From the NCBI RefSeq assembly GCF_009914755.1, contig NC_060946.1: DNA of 64,000 nt; one strand, 5' to 3'. The translations under genes and the position numbers were made by a program. The DNA is from the human T2T-CHM13v2.0 reference genome, Homo sapiens. The notes beneath the pieces are model-generated. The model was given only the letters and a program-made list of their open reading frames with translations. It made no database searches and had not been told where the DNA came from. Shown piece by piece: positions 16,401-31,699 of the stretch (its first letter is position 1; each line of letters begins with the position of its first letter).

Positions 16401-16500
16401 TTTTTACTGTACATAAAAATGAAAGTACATCAAATATATATTTTATTCTGTACATAAAATATCAAAGTACACCAGATATATATTTTATAGTGTACATAAA
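4500..16500 (+). repeat. HSat1A subdomain II: more diverged, structurally irregular block with diagnostic m5 gatatatattTTatagtg and frequent m8 gattatTAactg
   Basis: The TTTT form of m5 (DIYFIV in the ORF track) first appears at about 4520 and last at about 16485. Outside this interval m5 is almost always ttCT (DIYSIV). The 5-bp m7 deletion is not seen here and resumes at about 16565. Confidence 0.85.
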
Positions 16501-18099
16501 ATATCAAAGTACCCAAACTATACATTATATACTGTACATAAAATATGAAATTACATCAAATATATATTAGGTACATAAAATATGAAAGTACATCAAATAT
16601 AGATTATATACTGTATAATAAAAATACCAAAGTACCCCAAATATATATTTTATACTGTACATGAAATATCAAAGTTCACAAACTATATATTATATACTGC
16701 ACATAAAATATCAAAGTACCCAACGTATATATTCTATACTGTACAAAAAATATCAAAGTACCCAAAGCATGTATTATATACTGTACATAAAATATGAAAG
16801 TACAACAAATATATATTTTATTCCATACATAAAATATCAAAGTACACCAGATATATGTTCTATAGCGTACATAAAATATCAAAGTACACAAACTATACAT
16901 TATATACTGTACATAAAATATGAAATTACATCAAATATATATTATATTAGGTACATAAAATAAGAAAGTACATCAAATAGAGATTATATACTGTACATTA
17001 AATACGAAAGTACCCCAAATATATATTATATACTCTACATGAAATATCAAAGTTCACAAACTATATATTATATACTGTACATAAAATATCAAAGTACCCA
17101 AGGTATATATCCTATACTGTACAAAAAATATCAAAGTACCCAAAGCATGTATCATGTACTGTATATAAAATATGAAACTACATCAAATATATATTTTATT
17201 CTGTACATAAAATATCAAAGTACACCAGATATATATTCTATAGTGTGCATAAAATAAAAAAGTACAAAAACTATAAATTATATCCTGTACATAAAATATG
17301 AAATTACATCAAATATATATTAAGTACATAAAATATGAAAGTACATCAAATATAGATTATATACTGTACATAAAATATCAAAGTACCCCAAATATATATT
17401 TTATACTTGACATGAAATATCAAACTTCACAAACCATATATTATATACTGTACATAAAATATCAAAGTACCCAAGGTATATATTCTATACTATACAAAAA
17501 ATATCAAAGTACCCAAAGCATGTATTATATACTGTACATAAAATATGAAAGTACATCAAATATATATTTTATTCTGTACATAAAATATCAAAGTACACCA
17601 GATATATATTCTATAGTGTACATAAAATATCAAAGTACACAAACTATACATTATATACTGTACATAAATTATGAGATTACATCAAATATATATTATATTA
17701 GGTACATAAAATATGAAAGTACATCAAATATAGATTATATACTGTACATAAAATATCAAAGTACCCCAAATATATATTATATTCTCTACATGAAATATAA
17801 AAGTTCACAAACTATATATTATATACTGTAGATAAAATATCAAAGTACCCAAGGTATATATTCTATACTGTACAAAAAATATCAAAGTACACAAAGCATG
17901 TATTATATACTGTATATAAAATATAAAAGTATATTAAATATATATTTTATTCTGTACATAAAATATCAAAGTACACCAGATATATATACTATAGTGTACA
18001 TAAAATAACAAAGTACACAAACTTTAAATTATATACTGTACATAAAATATGAAATTACATCAAATATATATTAGGTACATAAAATATGAAAGTACATCA

Positions 18100-21000
18100 A
18101 ATATAGATTATATACTGTACATATAATATCAAAGTACCCCAAATATATATTATATACTGTATATGAAATATCAAAGTTCACAAACTATATATTATATACT
18201 CTATATAAAATATCAAAGTACCCAAGGTATATATTCTATACTGTACAAAAAATATCAAAGTACCCAAAGCATGTATTATATACTGTACATAAAATATGAA
18301 AGTACATCAAATATATATTTTATTTTGTACATAAAATATCAAAGTACACCAGATATATATTCTATATTGTACATAAAATATCAAAGTACCCAAACTATAC
18401 ATTATATACTGTACATAAAATATGAAATTACATCAAATATATATTATATTAAGTACATAAAATATGAAAGTACATCAAATATAGATTATATACTGTACAT
18501 TAAATACCAAAGTACCCCAAATATATATTTTATACTGTACATGAAATATCAAAGTTCACAAACTATATATTATATACTGTACATAAATTATGAAAGTACC
18601 CAAGGTATATATTCTATACTGTACAAAAAATAACAAAGTACCAAAAGCATGTATTATATACTGTACCTAAAATATGAAAGTACATCAAATATATATTTTA
18701 TTCTGTACATAAAATATCAAAGTACACCAGATATATATTCTATAGTGTACATAAAATATCAAAGTACCCAAACTATACATTATATACTGTACATAAAATA
18801 TGAAATTACATCAAATATATATTATATTAGGTACATAAAATATGAAAGTACATCAAATATAGATTATATACTCTACATAAAATATCAAAGTACCCCAAAT
18901 ATATATTATATACTCTACAGGAAATATCAAAGTTCACACACTATATATTTTATACTGTACATAAAATATCAAAGTACCCAAGGTATATATTCTATACTGT
19001 ACAAAAAATATCAAAGTACCCAAAGCATGTATTATATACTGTATATAAAATATGAAAGTACATCAAAAATATATTTTATTCTGTACATAAAATATCAAAG
19101 TACACCAGATATATATTCTATAGTGTACATAAAATAACAAAGTACAAAAACTATAAATTATATACTGTACATAAAATATGAAATTACATCAAATACATAT
19201 TAGGTACATAAAATATGAAAGTACATCAAATATAGATTATATACTGTACATAAAATATCAATGTACCCCAAATATATATTTTATACTCTACATGAAATAT
19301 CAAAGTTCACAAACCATATATTATATACTGTACATAAAATATCAAAGTACCCAAGGTATATATTCTATACTGTACAAAAAATATCAAAGTACCCAAAGCA
19401 TGTATTATATACTGTACACAAAATATGAAAGTACATCAAATATATATTTTATTCTGTACATAAAATATCAAAGTACACCAGATATATATTCTATAGTGTA
19501 CATAAAATATCAAAATACCCAAACTATACATTATATACTGTACATAAAATATGAAATTACATCAAATATATTTTATATTGGGTACATAAAATATGAAAGT
19601 ACATCAAATATAGATTATATACTGTACATAAAATATCAAAGTACCCCAAATACATATTATATAGTGTATATGAAATATCAAAGTTCACAAACTATATATT
19701 ATATACTGTATATAAAATATCAAAGTACCCAAGGTATATATTCTATACTGTACAAAAAATATCAAAGTACCCAAAGCATGTATTATATACTGTACATAAA
19801 ATATGAAAGTACATCAAATATATATTTAATTCTGTACATAAAATATCAAAGTACACCAGATATATATTCTATAGTGTACATAAAATATCAAAGTACCCAA
19901 ACTATACATTATATACTGTACATAAAGTATGAAATTACATCAAATATATATTATATTAAGTACATAATATATGAAAGTACATCAAATATAGATTATATAC
20001 TGTACATTAAATACCAAAGTACCCCAAATATATATTTTATACTGTACATGAAATATCAAAGTTCACAAACTATATATTATATACTGTACATAAATTATCA
20101 AATTTCCCATGGTATATATTCTATATTATACAAAAAATAACAAAGTACCAAAAGCATGTATTATATACTGTATCTAAAATATGAAAGTACATCAAATATA
20201 TATTTTATTCTGTACATAAAATATCAAAGTACACCAGATATATATTCTATAGTGTACATAAAATATCAAAGTACCCAAACTATACATTATATACTGTACA
20301 TAAAATATGAAATTACATCAAATATATATTATATTAGGTACAAAAAATATGAAAGTACATCAAATATAGATTATATACTCTACATAAAATATCAAAGTAC
20401 CCCAAATATATATTATATACTCTACAGGAAATATCAAAGTTCACACACTATATATTTTATACTGTACATAAAATATCAAAGTACCCAAGGTATATATTCT
20501 ATACTGTACAAAAAATATCAAAGTACCCAAAGCATGTATTATATACTGTATATAAAATATGAAAGTACATCAAAAATATATTTTATTCTGTACATAAAAT
20601 ATCAAAGTACACCAGATATATATTCTATAGTGTACATAAAATAACAAAGTACAAAAACTATAAATTATATACTGTACATAAAATATGAAATTACATCAAA
20701 TACATATTAGGTACATAAAATATGAAAGTACATCAAATATAGATTATATACTGTACATAAAATATCAATGTACCCCAAATATATATTTTATACTCTACAT
20801 GAAATATCAAAGTTCACAAACCATATATTATATACTGTACATAAAATATCAAAGTACCCAAGGTATATATTCTATACTGTACAAAAAATATCAAAGTACC
20901 CAAAGCATGTATTATATACTGTACACAAAATATGAAAGTACATCAAATATATATTTTATTCTGTACATAAAATATCAAAGTACACCAGATATATATTCTA

Positions 21001-22200
21001 TAGTGTACATAAAATATCAAAGTACCCAAACTATACATTATATACTGTACATAAAATATGAAATTACATCAAATATATTTTATATTAGGTACATAAAATA
21101 TGAAAGTACATCAAATATAGATTATATACTGTACATAAAATATCAAAGTACCCCAAATACATATTATATACTGTATATGAAATATCAAAGTTCACAAACT
21201 ATATATTATATACTGTATATAAAATATCAAAGTACCCAAGGTATATATTCTATACTGTACAAAAAATATCAAAGTACCCAAAGCATGTATTATATACTGT
21301 ACATAAAATATGAAAGTTCATCAAATATATATTTAATTCTGTACATAAAATATCAAAGTATACCAGATATATATTCTATAGTGTACATAAAATATCAAAG
21401 TACCCAAACTATACATTATATACTGTACATAAAGTATGAAATTACATCAAATATATATTATATTAAGTACATAATATATGAAAGTACATCAAATATAGAT
21501 TATATACTGTACATTAAATACCAAAGTACCCCAAATATATATTTTATACTGTACATGAAATATCAAAGTTCACAAACTATATATTATATACTGTACATAA
21601 ATTATCAAATTTCCCAAGGTATATATTCTATATTGTACAAAAAATAACAAAGTACCAAAAGCATGTATTATATACTGTATCTAAAATATGAAAGTACATC
21701 AAATATATATTTTATTCTGTACATAAAATATCAAAGTACACCAGATATATATTCTATAGTGTACATAAAATATCAAAGTACCCAAACTATACATTATATA
21801 CTGTACATAAAATATGAAATTACATCAAATATATATTATATTAGGTACATAAAATATGAAAGTACATCAAATATAGATTATATACTCTACATAAAATATC
21901 AAAGTACCACAAATATATATTATATACTCTACAGGAAATATCAAAGTTCACACACTATATATTATATACTGTACATAAAATATCAAATTACCCAAGGTAT
22001 ATATTCTATACTGTACAAAAAATATCAAAGTACCCAAAGCATGTATTATATACTGTATATAAAATATGAAAGTACATCAAAAATATATTTTATTCTTTAC
22101 ATAAAATATCAAAGTACACCAGATATATATTCTATAGTGTACATAAAATATCAAAGTACCCAAACTATACATTATATACTGTACATAAAATATGAAATTG
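18100..22200 (+). repeat. 1507-bp tandem super-repeat (3x378+373), about 2.7 copies
   Basis: ORF starts 18649, 20156, 21663 and 19178, 20685 are each 1507 apart. Markers attAagtac (about 18450, 19957, 21464) and ctacAGgaaa (about 18918, 20425, 21932) recur at the same period with few differences. Confidence 0.9.
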
Positions 22201-22960
22201 CATCAAATACATATTAGATACATAAAATATGAAAGTACATGAAATATAGATTATATACTGTACATAAAATATCAATGTACCCCAAATATATATTTTATAC
22301 TCTACATGAAATATCAAAGTTCACAAACCATATATTATATACTGTACATAAAATATCAAAGTACCCAAGGTATATATTCTATACTGTACAAAAAATATCA
22401 AAGTACCCAAAGCATGTATTATATTCTGTATATAAAATATGAAAGTACATCAAATATATATTTTATTCTGTACATAAAATATCAAAGTACACCAGATATA
22501 TATTCTATAGTGTACATAAAATATCAAAGTACCCAAACTATACATTATATACTGTACATAAAATATGAAATTACATCAAATATATATTAGGTACATAAAA
22601 TATGAAAGTACATCAAATATAGATTATATACTGTACATAAAATATCAAAGTACCCCAAATATATATTATATACTGTATATGAAATATCAAAGTTCACAAA
22701 CTATATATTATATACTGTATATAAAATATCAAAGTACCCAAGGTATATATTCTATACTGTACAAAAAATATCAAAGTACCCAAAGCATGTATTATATACT
22801 GTACATAAAATATGAAAGTACATCAAATATATATTTAATTCTGTACATAAAATATCAAAGTACACCAGATATATATTCTATAGTGTACATAAAATATCAA
22901 AGAACTCAAACTATACATTATATACTGTACATAAAATATGAAATTACATCAAATATATAT

Positions 22961-25900
22961 TATATTAGGTACATAAAATATGAAAGTACATCAAATATAG
23001 ATTATATACTGTACATTAAATACCAAAGTACCACAAATATATATTTTATACTGTACATGAAATATCAAAGTTCACAAACTATATATTATATACTGTACAT
23101 AAATTATGAAAGTACCCAAGGTATATATTCTATACTGTACAAAAAATAACAAAGTACCAAAAGCATGTATTATATACTGTACTTAAATATGAAAGTACAT
23201 CAAATATATATTTTATTCTGTACATAAAATATCAAAGTACACCAGATATATATTCTATAGTGTACATAAAATATCAAAGTACCCAAACTATACATTCTAT
23301 ACTGTACATAAAATATGAAATTAGATCAAATATATATTATATTAGGTACATAAAATATGAAAGTACATCAAATATAGATTATATACTCTACATAAAATAT
23401 CAAAGTACCCCAAATATATATTATATACTCTACAGGAAATATCAAAGTTCACACACTATATATTATATACTGTACATAAAATATCAAAGTACCCAAGGTA
23501 TATATTCTATACTGTACAAAAAATATCAAAGTACCCAAAGCATGTATTATATACTGTATATAAAATATGAAAGTACATCAAAAATATATTTAATTCTGTA
23601 CATAAAATATCAACGTACACCAGATATATATTCTATAGTGTACATAAAATAACAAAGTACAAAAACTATAAATTATATACTGTACATAAAATATGAAATT
23701 ACATCAAATACATATTAGGTACATAAAATATGAAAGTACATCAAGTATAGATTATATACTGTACATAAAATATCAATGTACCCAAATATATATTTTATAC
23801 TCTACATGAAATATCAAAGTTCACAAACCATATATTATATACTGTACATAAAATATCAAAGTACCCAAGGTATATATTCTATACTGTACAAAAAATATCA
23901 AAGTACCCAAAGCATGTATTATATTCTGTATATAAAATATGAAAGTACATCAAATATATATTTTATTCTGTACATAAAATATCAAAGTACACCAGATATA
24001 TATTCTATAGTGTACATAAAATATCAAAGTACCCAAACTATACATTATATACTGTGCATAAAATATGAAATTACATCAAATATATATTAGGTACATAAAA
24101 TATGAAAGTACATCAAATATAGATTATATACTGTACATAAAATATCAAATACCCCAAATATATATTATATACTGTATATGAAATATCAAAATTCACAAAC
24201 TATATATTATATACTGTACATAAAATATCAAAGTACCCAAGGTATATATTCTATACTGTACATAAAATATCAAAGTACCCAAAGCATGTATTATAAACTG
24301 TACATAAAATATGAAAGTACATCAAATATATATTTTATTCTGTACATAAAATATCAAAGTACACCAGATATATATTCTATTGTGTACATACAATATCAAA
24401 GTACCCAAACTATACATTATATACTGTACATAAAATATGAAATTACATCAAATATATATTATATACTGTACATAAAATATGAAAGTACATCAAATATAGA
24501 TTATATATTGTACATAAAATATCAAAGTTCCCCAAATATATATTATATACTCTACATGAAATATCAAAGTTCACAAACTATATATTATATACTGTACATA
24601 AAATATCAAAGTACCCAAGGTATATATTCTATACTGCACAAAAAATATCAAAGTACCCAAAGCATGTATTATATACTGTATCTAAAATATGAAAGTACAT
24701 CAAATATATATTTTATTCTGTACATAAAATATCAAAGTACACCAGATATATATTCTATAGTGTACATAAAATAACAAAGTACACAAACTATAAATTATAT
24801 ACTGTACATAAAATATGAAATTACATCAAATATATACTCAGTACATAAAATATGAAAGTACATCAAATATAGATTATATACTGTACATAAAATATCAATG
24901 TACCCCAAATATATATTTTATACTCTACATGAAATATCAAAGTTCACAAACCATATATTATATACTGTACATAAAATATCAAAGTACCCAAGGTATATAT
25001 TCTATACTGTACAAAAAATATCAAAGTACCCAAAGCATGTATTATATACTGTACATAAAATATGAAAGTACATCAAATATATATTTTATTCTGTACAAAA
25101 AATATCAAAGTACACCAGACATATATTCTATAGTGTACATAAAATATCAAAGTACCCAAACTATACATTATATACTGTACATAAAATATGAAATTACATC
25201 AAATATATATTAGGTACATAAAATATGAAAGTACATCAAATATAGATTATATACTGTACATAAAATATCAAAGTACCCCAAATATATATTATATACTGTA
25301 CATGAAATATCAAAGTTCACAAACTATATATTATATACTGTACATAAAATATCAAAGTACCCAAGGTATATATTCTATACTGTACAATAGATATCAAAGT
25401 ACCCAAAGCATGTATTATATACTGTACATAAAATATGAAAGTACATCAAATATATATTTTATTCTGTACATAAAATATCAAAGTACACCAGATATATATT
25501 CTATAGTGTACATAAAATATCAAAGTACCCAAACTATTTATTATATACTGTACATAAAATATGAAATTACATCAAATATATATTATATTAGGTACATAAA
25601 ATATGAAAGTACATCAAATATAGATTATATGCTGTACATTAAATACCAAAGTACCCCAAATATATATTTTATACTGTACATGAAATATCAAAGTTCACAA
25701 ACTATATATTATATACTGTACATAAAATATCAAAGTACCCAAGGTATATATTCTATACTGTACAAAAAATATCAAAGTACCCAAAGCACGTATTATATAC
25801 TGTACATAAAATATGAAAGTACATCAAATATATATTTTATTCTGTACATAAAATATCAAAGTACACCAGATATATATTCTATAGTGTACATAAAATATCA

Positions 25901-28900
25901 AAGTACCCAAACTATACATTATATACTGTACATAAAATATGAGATTACATCAAATTTATATTAGGTACATAAAATATGAAAGTACATCAAATATAGGTTA
26001 TATAGTGTACATAAAATATCAAAGTACCCCAAATATATATTATATACTCTACATGAAATATCAAAGTTCACAAACTATATATTATATACTGTACATAAAA
26101 TATCAAAGTACCCAAGGTATATATTCTATACTGTACAAAAAATATCAAAGTACGCAAAGCATGTATTATATACTGTATATAAAATATGAAAGTACATTAA
26201 ATATATATTTTATTCTGTACATAAAATATCAAAGGACACCAGATATATATTCTATAGTGTACATAAAATAACAAAGTACACAAACTATAAATTATATACT
26301 GTACATAAAATATGAAATTACATCAAATATATATTAGGTACATAAAATATGAAAGTACATCAAATATATATTATATACTGTACATATAATATCAATGTAC
26401 CCCAAATATATATTTTATACTCTACATGAAATATCAAAGTTCACAACCATACATTATATACTGTACATAAAATATCAAAGTACCCAAGGTATATATTCTA
26501 TACTGTACAAAAAATATCAAAGTACCCAAAGCATGTATTATATACTGTACATAAAATATGAAAGTACATCAAATATATATTTTATTCTGTACATATAATA
26601 TCAAAGTACACCAGATATGTATTCTATAGTGTACATAAAATATCAAAGTACCCAAACTACACATTATATACTGTACATAAAATACGAAATTACATCAAAT
26701 ATATATTAGGTACATAAAATATGAAAGTACATCAAATATAGATTATATACTGTACATTAAATACCAAAGTACCACAAATATATATTTTATACTGTACATG
26801 AAATATCAAAGTTCACAAACTATATATTATATACTGTACATAAATTATGAAAGTACCCAAGGTATATATTCTATACTGTACAAAAAATAACAAAGTACCA
26901 AAAGCATGTATTATATACTGTACTTAAATATGAAAGTACATCAAATATATATTTTATTCTGTACATAAAATATCAAAGTACACCAGATATATATTCTATA
27001 GTGTACATAAAATATCAAAGTACCCAAACTATACATTCTATACTGTACATAAAATATGAAATTAGATCAAATATATATTATATTAGGTACATAAAATATG
27101 AAAGTACATCAAATATAGATTATATACTCTACATAAAATATCAAAGTACCCCAAATATATATTATATACTCTACAGGAAATATCAAAGTTCACACACTAT
27201 ATATTATATACTGTACATAAAATATCAAAGTACCCAAGGTATATATTCTATACTGTACAAAAAATATCAAAGTACCCAAAGCATGTATTATATACTGTAT
27301 ATAAAATATGAAAGTACATCAAAAATATATTTAATTCTGTACATAAAATATCAACGTACACCAGATATATATTCTATAGTGTACATAAAATAACAAAGTA
27401 CAAAAACTATAAATTATATACTGTACATAAAATATGAAATTACATCAAATACATATTAGGTACATAAAATATGAAAGTACATCAAGTATAGATTATATAC
27501 TGTACATAAAATATCAATGTACCCAAATATATATTTTATACTCTACATGAAATATCAAAGTTCACAAACCATATATTATATACTGTACATAAAATATCAA
27601 AGTACCCAAGGTATATATTCTATACTGTACAAAAAATATCAAAGTACCCAAAGCATGTATTATATTCTGTATATAAAATATGAAAGTACATCAAATATAT
27701 ATTTTATTCTGTACATAAAATATCAAAGTACACCAGATATATATTCTATAGTGTACATAAAATATCAAAGTACCCAAACTATACATTATATACTGTGCAT
27801 AAAATATGAAATTACATCAAATATATATTAGGTACATAAAATATGAAAGTACATCAAATATAGATTATATACTGTACATAAAATATCAAATACCCCAAAT
27901 ATATATTATATACTGTATATGAAATATCAAAATTCACAAACTATATATTATATACTGTACATAAAATATCAAAGTACCCAAGGTATATATTCTATACTGT
28001 ACATAAAATATCAAAGTACCCAAAGCATGTATTATAAACTGTACATAAAATATGAAAGTACATCAAATATATATTTTATTCTGTACATAAAATATCAAAG
28101 TACACCAGATATATATTCTATTGTGTACATACAATATCAAAGTACCCAAACTATACATTATATACTGTACATAAAATATGAAATTACATCAAATATATAT
28201 TATATACTGTACATAAAATATGAAAGTACATCAAATATAGATTATATATTGTACATAAAATATCAAAGTTCCCCAAATATATATTATATACTCTACATGA
28301 AATATCAAAGTTCACAAACTATATATTATATACTGTACATAAAATATCAAAGTACCCAAGGTATATATTCTATACTGCACAAAAAATATCAAAGTACCCA
28401 AAGCATGTATTATATACTGTATCTAAAATATGAAAGTACATCAAATATATATTTTATTCTGTACATAAAATATCAAAGTACACCAGATATATATTCTATA
28501 GTGTACATAAAATAACAAAGTACACAAACTATAAATTATATACTGTACATAAAATATGAAATTACATCAAATATATACTCAGTACATAAAATATGAAAGT
28601 ACATCAAATATAGATTATATACTGTACATAAAATATCAATGTACCCCAAATATATATTTTATACTCTACATGAAATATCAAAGTTCACAAACCATATATT
28701 ATATACTGTACATAAAATATCAAAGTACCCAAGGTATATATTCTATACTGTACAAAAAATATCAAAGTACCCAAAGCATGTATTATATACTGTACATAAA
28801 ATATGAAAGTACATCAAATATATATTTTATTCTGTACAAAAAATATCAAAGTACACCAGACATATATTCTATAGTGTACATAAAATATCAAAGTACCCAA

Positions 28901-30498
28901 ACTATACATTATATACTGTACATAAAATATGAAATTACATCAAATATATATTAGGTACATAAAATATGAAAGTACATCAAATATAGATTATATACTGTAC
29001 ATAAAATATCAAAGTACCCCAAATATATATTATATACTGTACATGAAATATCAAAGTTCACAAACTATATATTATATACTGTACATAAAATATCAAAGTA
29101 CCCAAGGTATATATTCTATACTGTACAATAGATATCAAAGTACCCAAAGCATGTATTATATACTGTACATAAAATATGAAAGTACATCAAATATATATTT
29201 TATTCTGTACATAAAATATCAAAGTACACCAGATATATATTCTATAGTGTACATAAAATATCAAAGTACCCAAACTATTTATTATATACTGTACATAAAA
29301 TATGAAATTACATCAAATATATATTATATTAGGTACATAAAATATGAAAGTACATCAAATATAGATTATATGCTGTACATTAAATACCAAAGTACCCCAA
29401 ATATATATTTTATACTGTACATGAAATATCAAAGTTCACAAACTATATATTATATACTGTACATAAAATATCAAAGTACCCAAGGTATATATTCTATACT
29501 GTACAAAAAATATCAAAGTACCCAAAGCACGTATTATATACTGTACATAAAATATGAAAGTACATCAAATATATATTTTATTCTGTACATAAAATATCAA
29601 AGTACACCAGATATATATTCTATAGTGTACATAAAATATCAAAGTACCCAAACTATACATTATATACTGTACATAAAATATGAGATTACATCAAATTTAT
29701 ATTAGGTACATAAAATATGAAAGTACATCAAATATAGGTTATATAGTGTACATAAAATATCAAAGTACCCCAAATATATATTATATACTCTACATGAAAT
29801 ATCAAAGTTCACAAACTATATATTATATACTGTACATAAAATATCAAAGTACCCAAGGTATATATTCTATACTGTACAAAAAATATCAAAGTACGCAAAG
29901 CATGTATTATATACTGTATATAAAATATGAAAGTACATTAAATATATATTTTATTCTGTACATAAAATATCAAAGGACACCAGATATATATTCTATAGTG
30001 TACATAAAATAACAAAGTACACAAACTATAAATTATATACTGTACATAAAATATGAAATTACATCAAATATATATTAGGTACATAAAATATGAAAGTACA
30101 TCAAATATATATTATATACTGTACATATAATATCAATGTACCCCAAATATATATTTTATACTCTACATGAAATATCAAAGTTCACAACCATACATTATAT
30201 ACTGTACATAAAATATCAAAGTACCCAAGGTATATATTCTATACTGTACAAAAAATATCAAAGTACCCAAAGCATGTATTATATACTGTACATAAAATAT
30301 GAAAGTACATCAAATATATATTTTATTCTGTACATATAATATCAAAGTACACCAGATATGTATTCTATAGTGTACATAAAATATCAAAGTACCCAAACTA
30401 CACATTATATACTGTACATAAAATACGAAATTACATCAAATATATATTAGGTACATAAAATATGAAAGTACATCAAATATAGATTATATACTGTACAT
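22961..30498 (+). repeat. 3741-bp tandem duplication (10 higher-order units x2), apparently identical copies
   Basis: Seven ORF pairs with identical translations are offset by exactly 3741 (23260/27001, 23776/27517, 24178/27919, 24815/28556, 25188/28929, 25939/29680, 26395/30136). The length is explained as 10x378 - 7x5 - four 1-bp deletions = 3741. Confidence 0.93.
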
Positions 30499-31699
30499 AA
30501 AATATCAAAGTACCCCAAATATATATTATATACTGTATATGAAATATCAAAATTCACAAACTATATATTATATACTGTACATAAAATATCAAAGTACCCA
30601 AGGTATATATTCTATACTGTACAAAAAATATCAAAGTACCCAAAGCATGTATTACAAACTGTACATAAAATATGAAAGTACATCAAATATATATTTTATT
30701 CTGTACATAAAATATCAAAGTACACCAGATATATATTCTATAGTGTACATAAAATACCAAAGTACCCAAACTATACATTATATACTGTACATAAAATATG
30801 AAATTACATCAAATATATATTATATTAGGTACATAAAATATGAAAGTACATCAAATATAGATTATATACTGTACATAAAATATCAAAGTACCCCAAATAT
30901 ATATTATATACTCTACATGAAATATCAAAGTTCACAAACTATATATTATATGCTGTACATAAAATAACAAAGTACCCAAGGTATATATTCTATACTGCAC
31001 AAAAAAATCAAAGTACCCAAAGCATGTATTATATACTGTATATAAAATATGAAAGTACATCAAATATATATTTTATTCTGTACATATTATATCAAAGTAC
31101 ACCAGATATATATTCTATAGTGTACATAAAATAACAAAGTACACAAACTATAAATTATATACTGTACATAAAATATGAAATTACATCAAATATATATTAG
31201 GTACATAATATATGAAAGTACATCAAATATAGATTATATACTGTACATAAAATATCATCGTACCCCAAATATATATTTTATACTCTACATGAAATATCAA
31301 AGTTCACAAACCATATATTGTATACTGTACATAAAATATCAAAGTACCCAAGGTATGTATTCTATACTGCACAAAAAATATCAAAGTACCCAAAGCATGT
31401 ATTATATACTGTACATAAAATATGAAAGTACATCAAATATATATTTTATTCTGTACATAAAATATCAAAGTACACCAGATATATATTCTATAGTGTACAT
31501 AAAATATAAAAGTACCCAAACTATACATTATATAGTGTACATAAAATATGAAATTACATCAAATATATATTATAATAGGTACATAAAATATGAAAGTACA
31601 TCAAATATAGATTATATACTGTACATTAAGTACCAAAGTACCCCAAATATATATTTTATACTGTACATGAAATATCAAAGTTCACAAACTATATATTAT

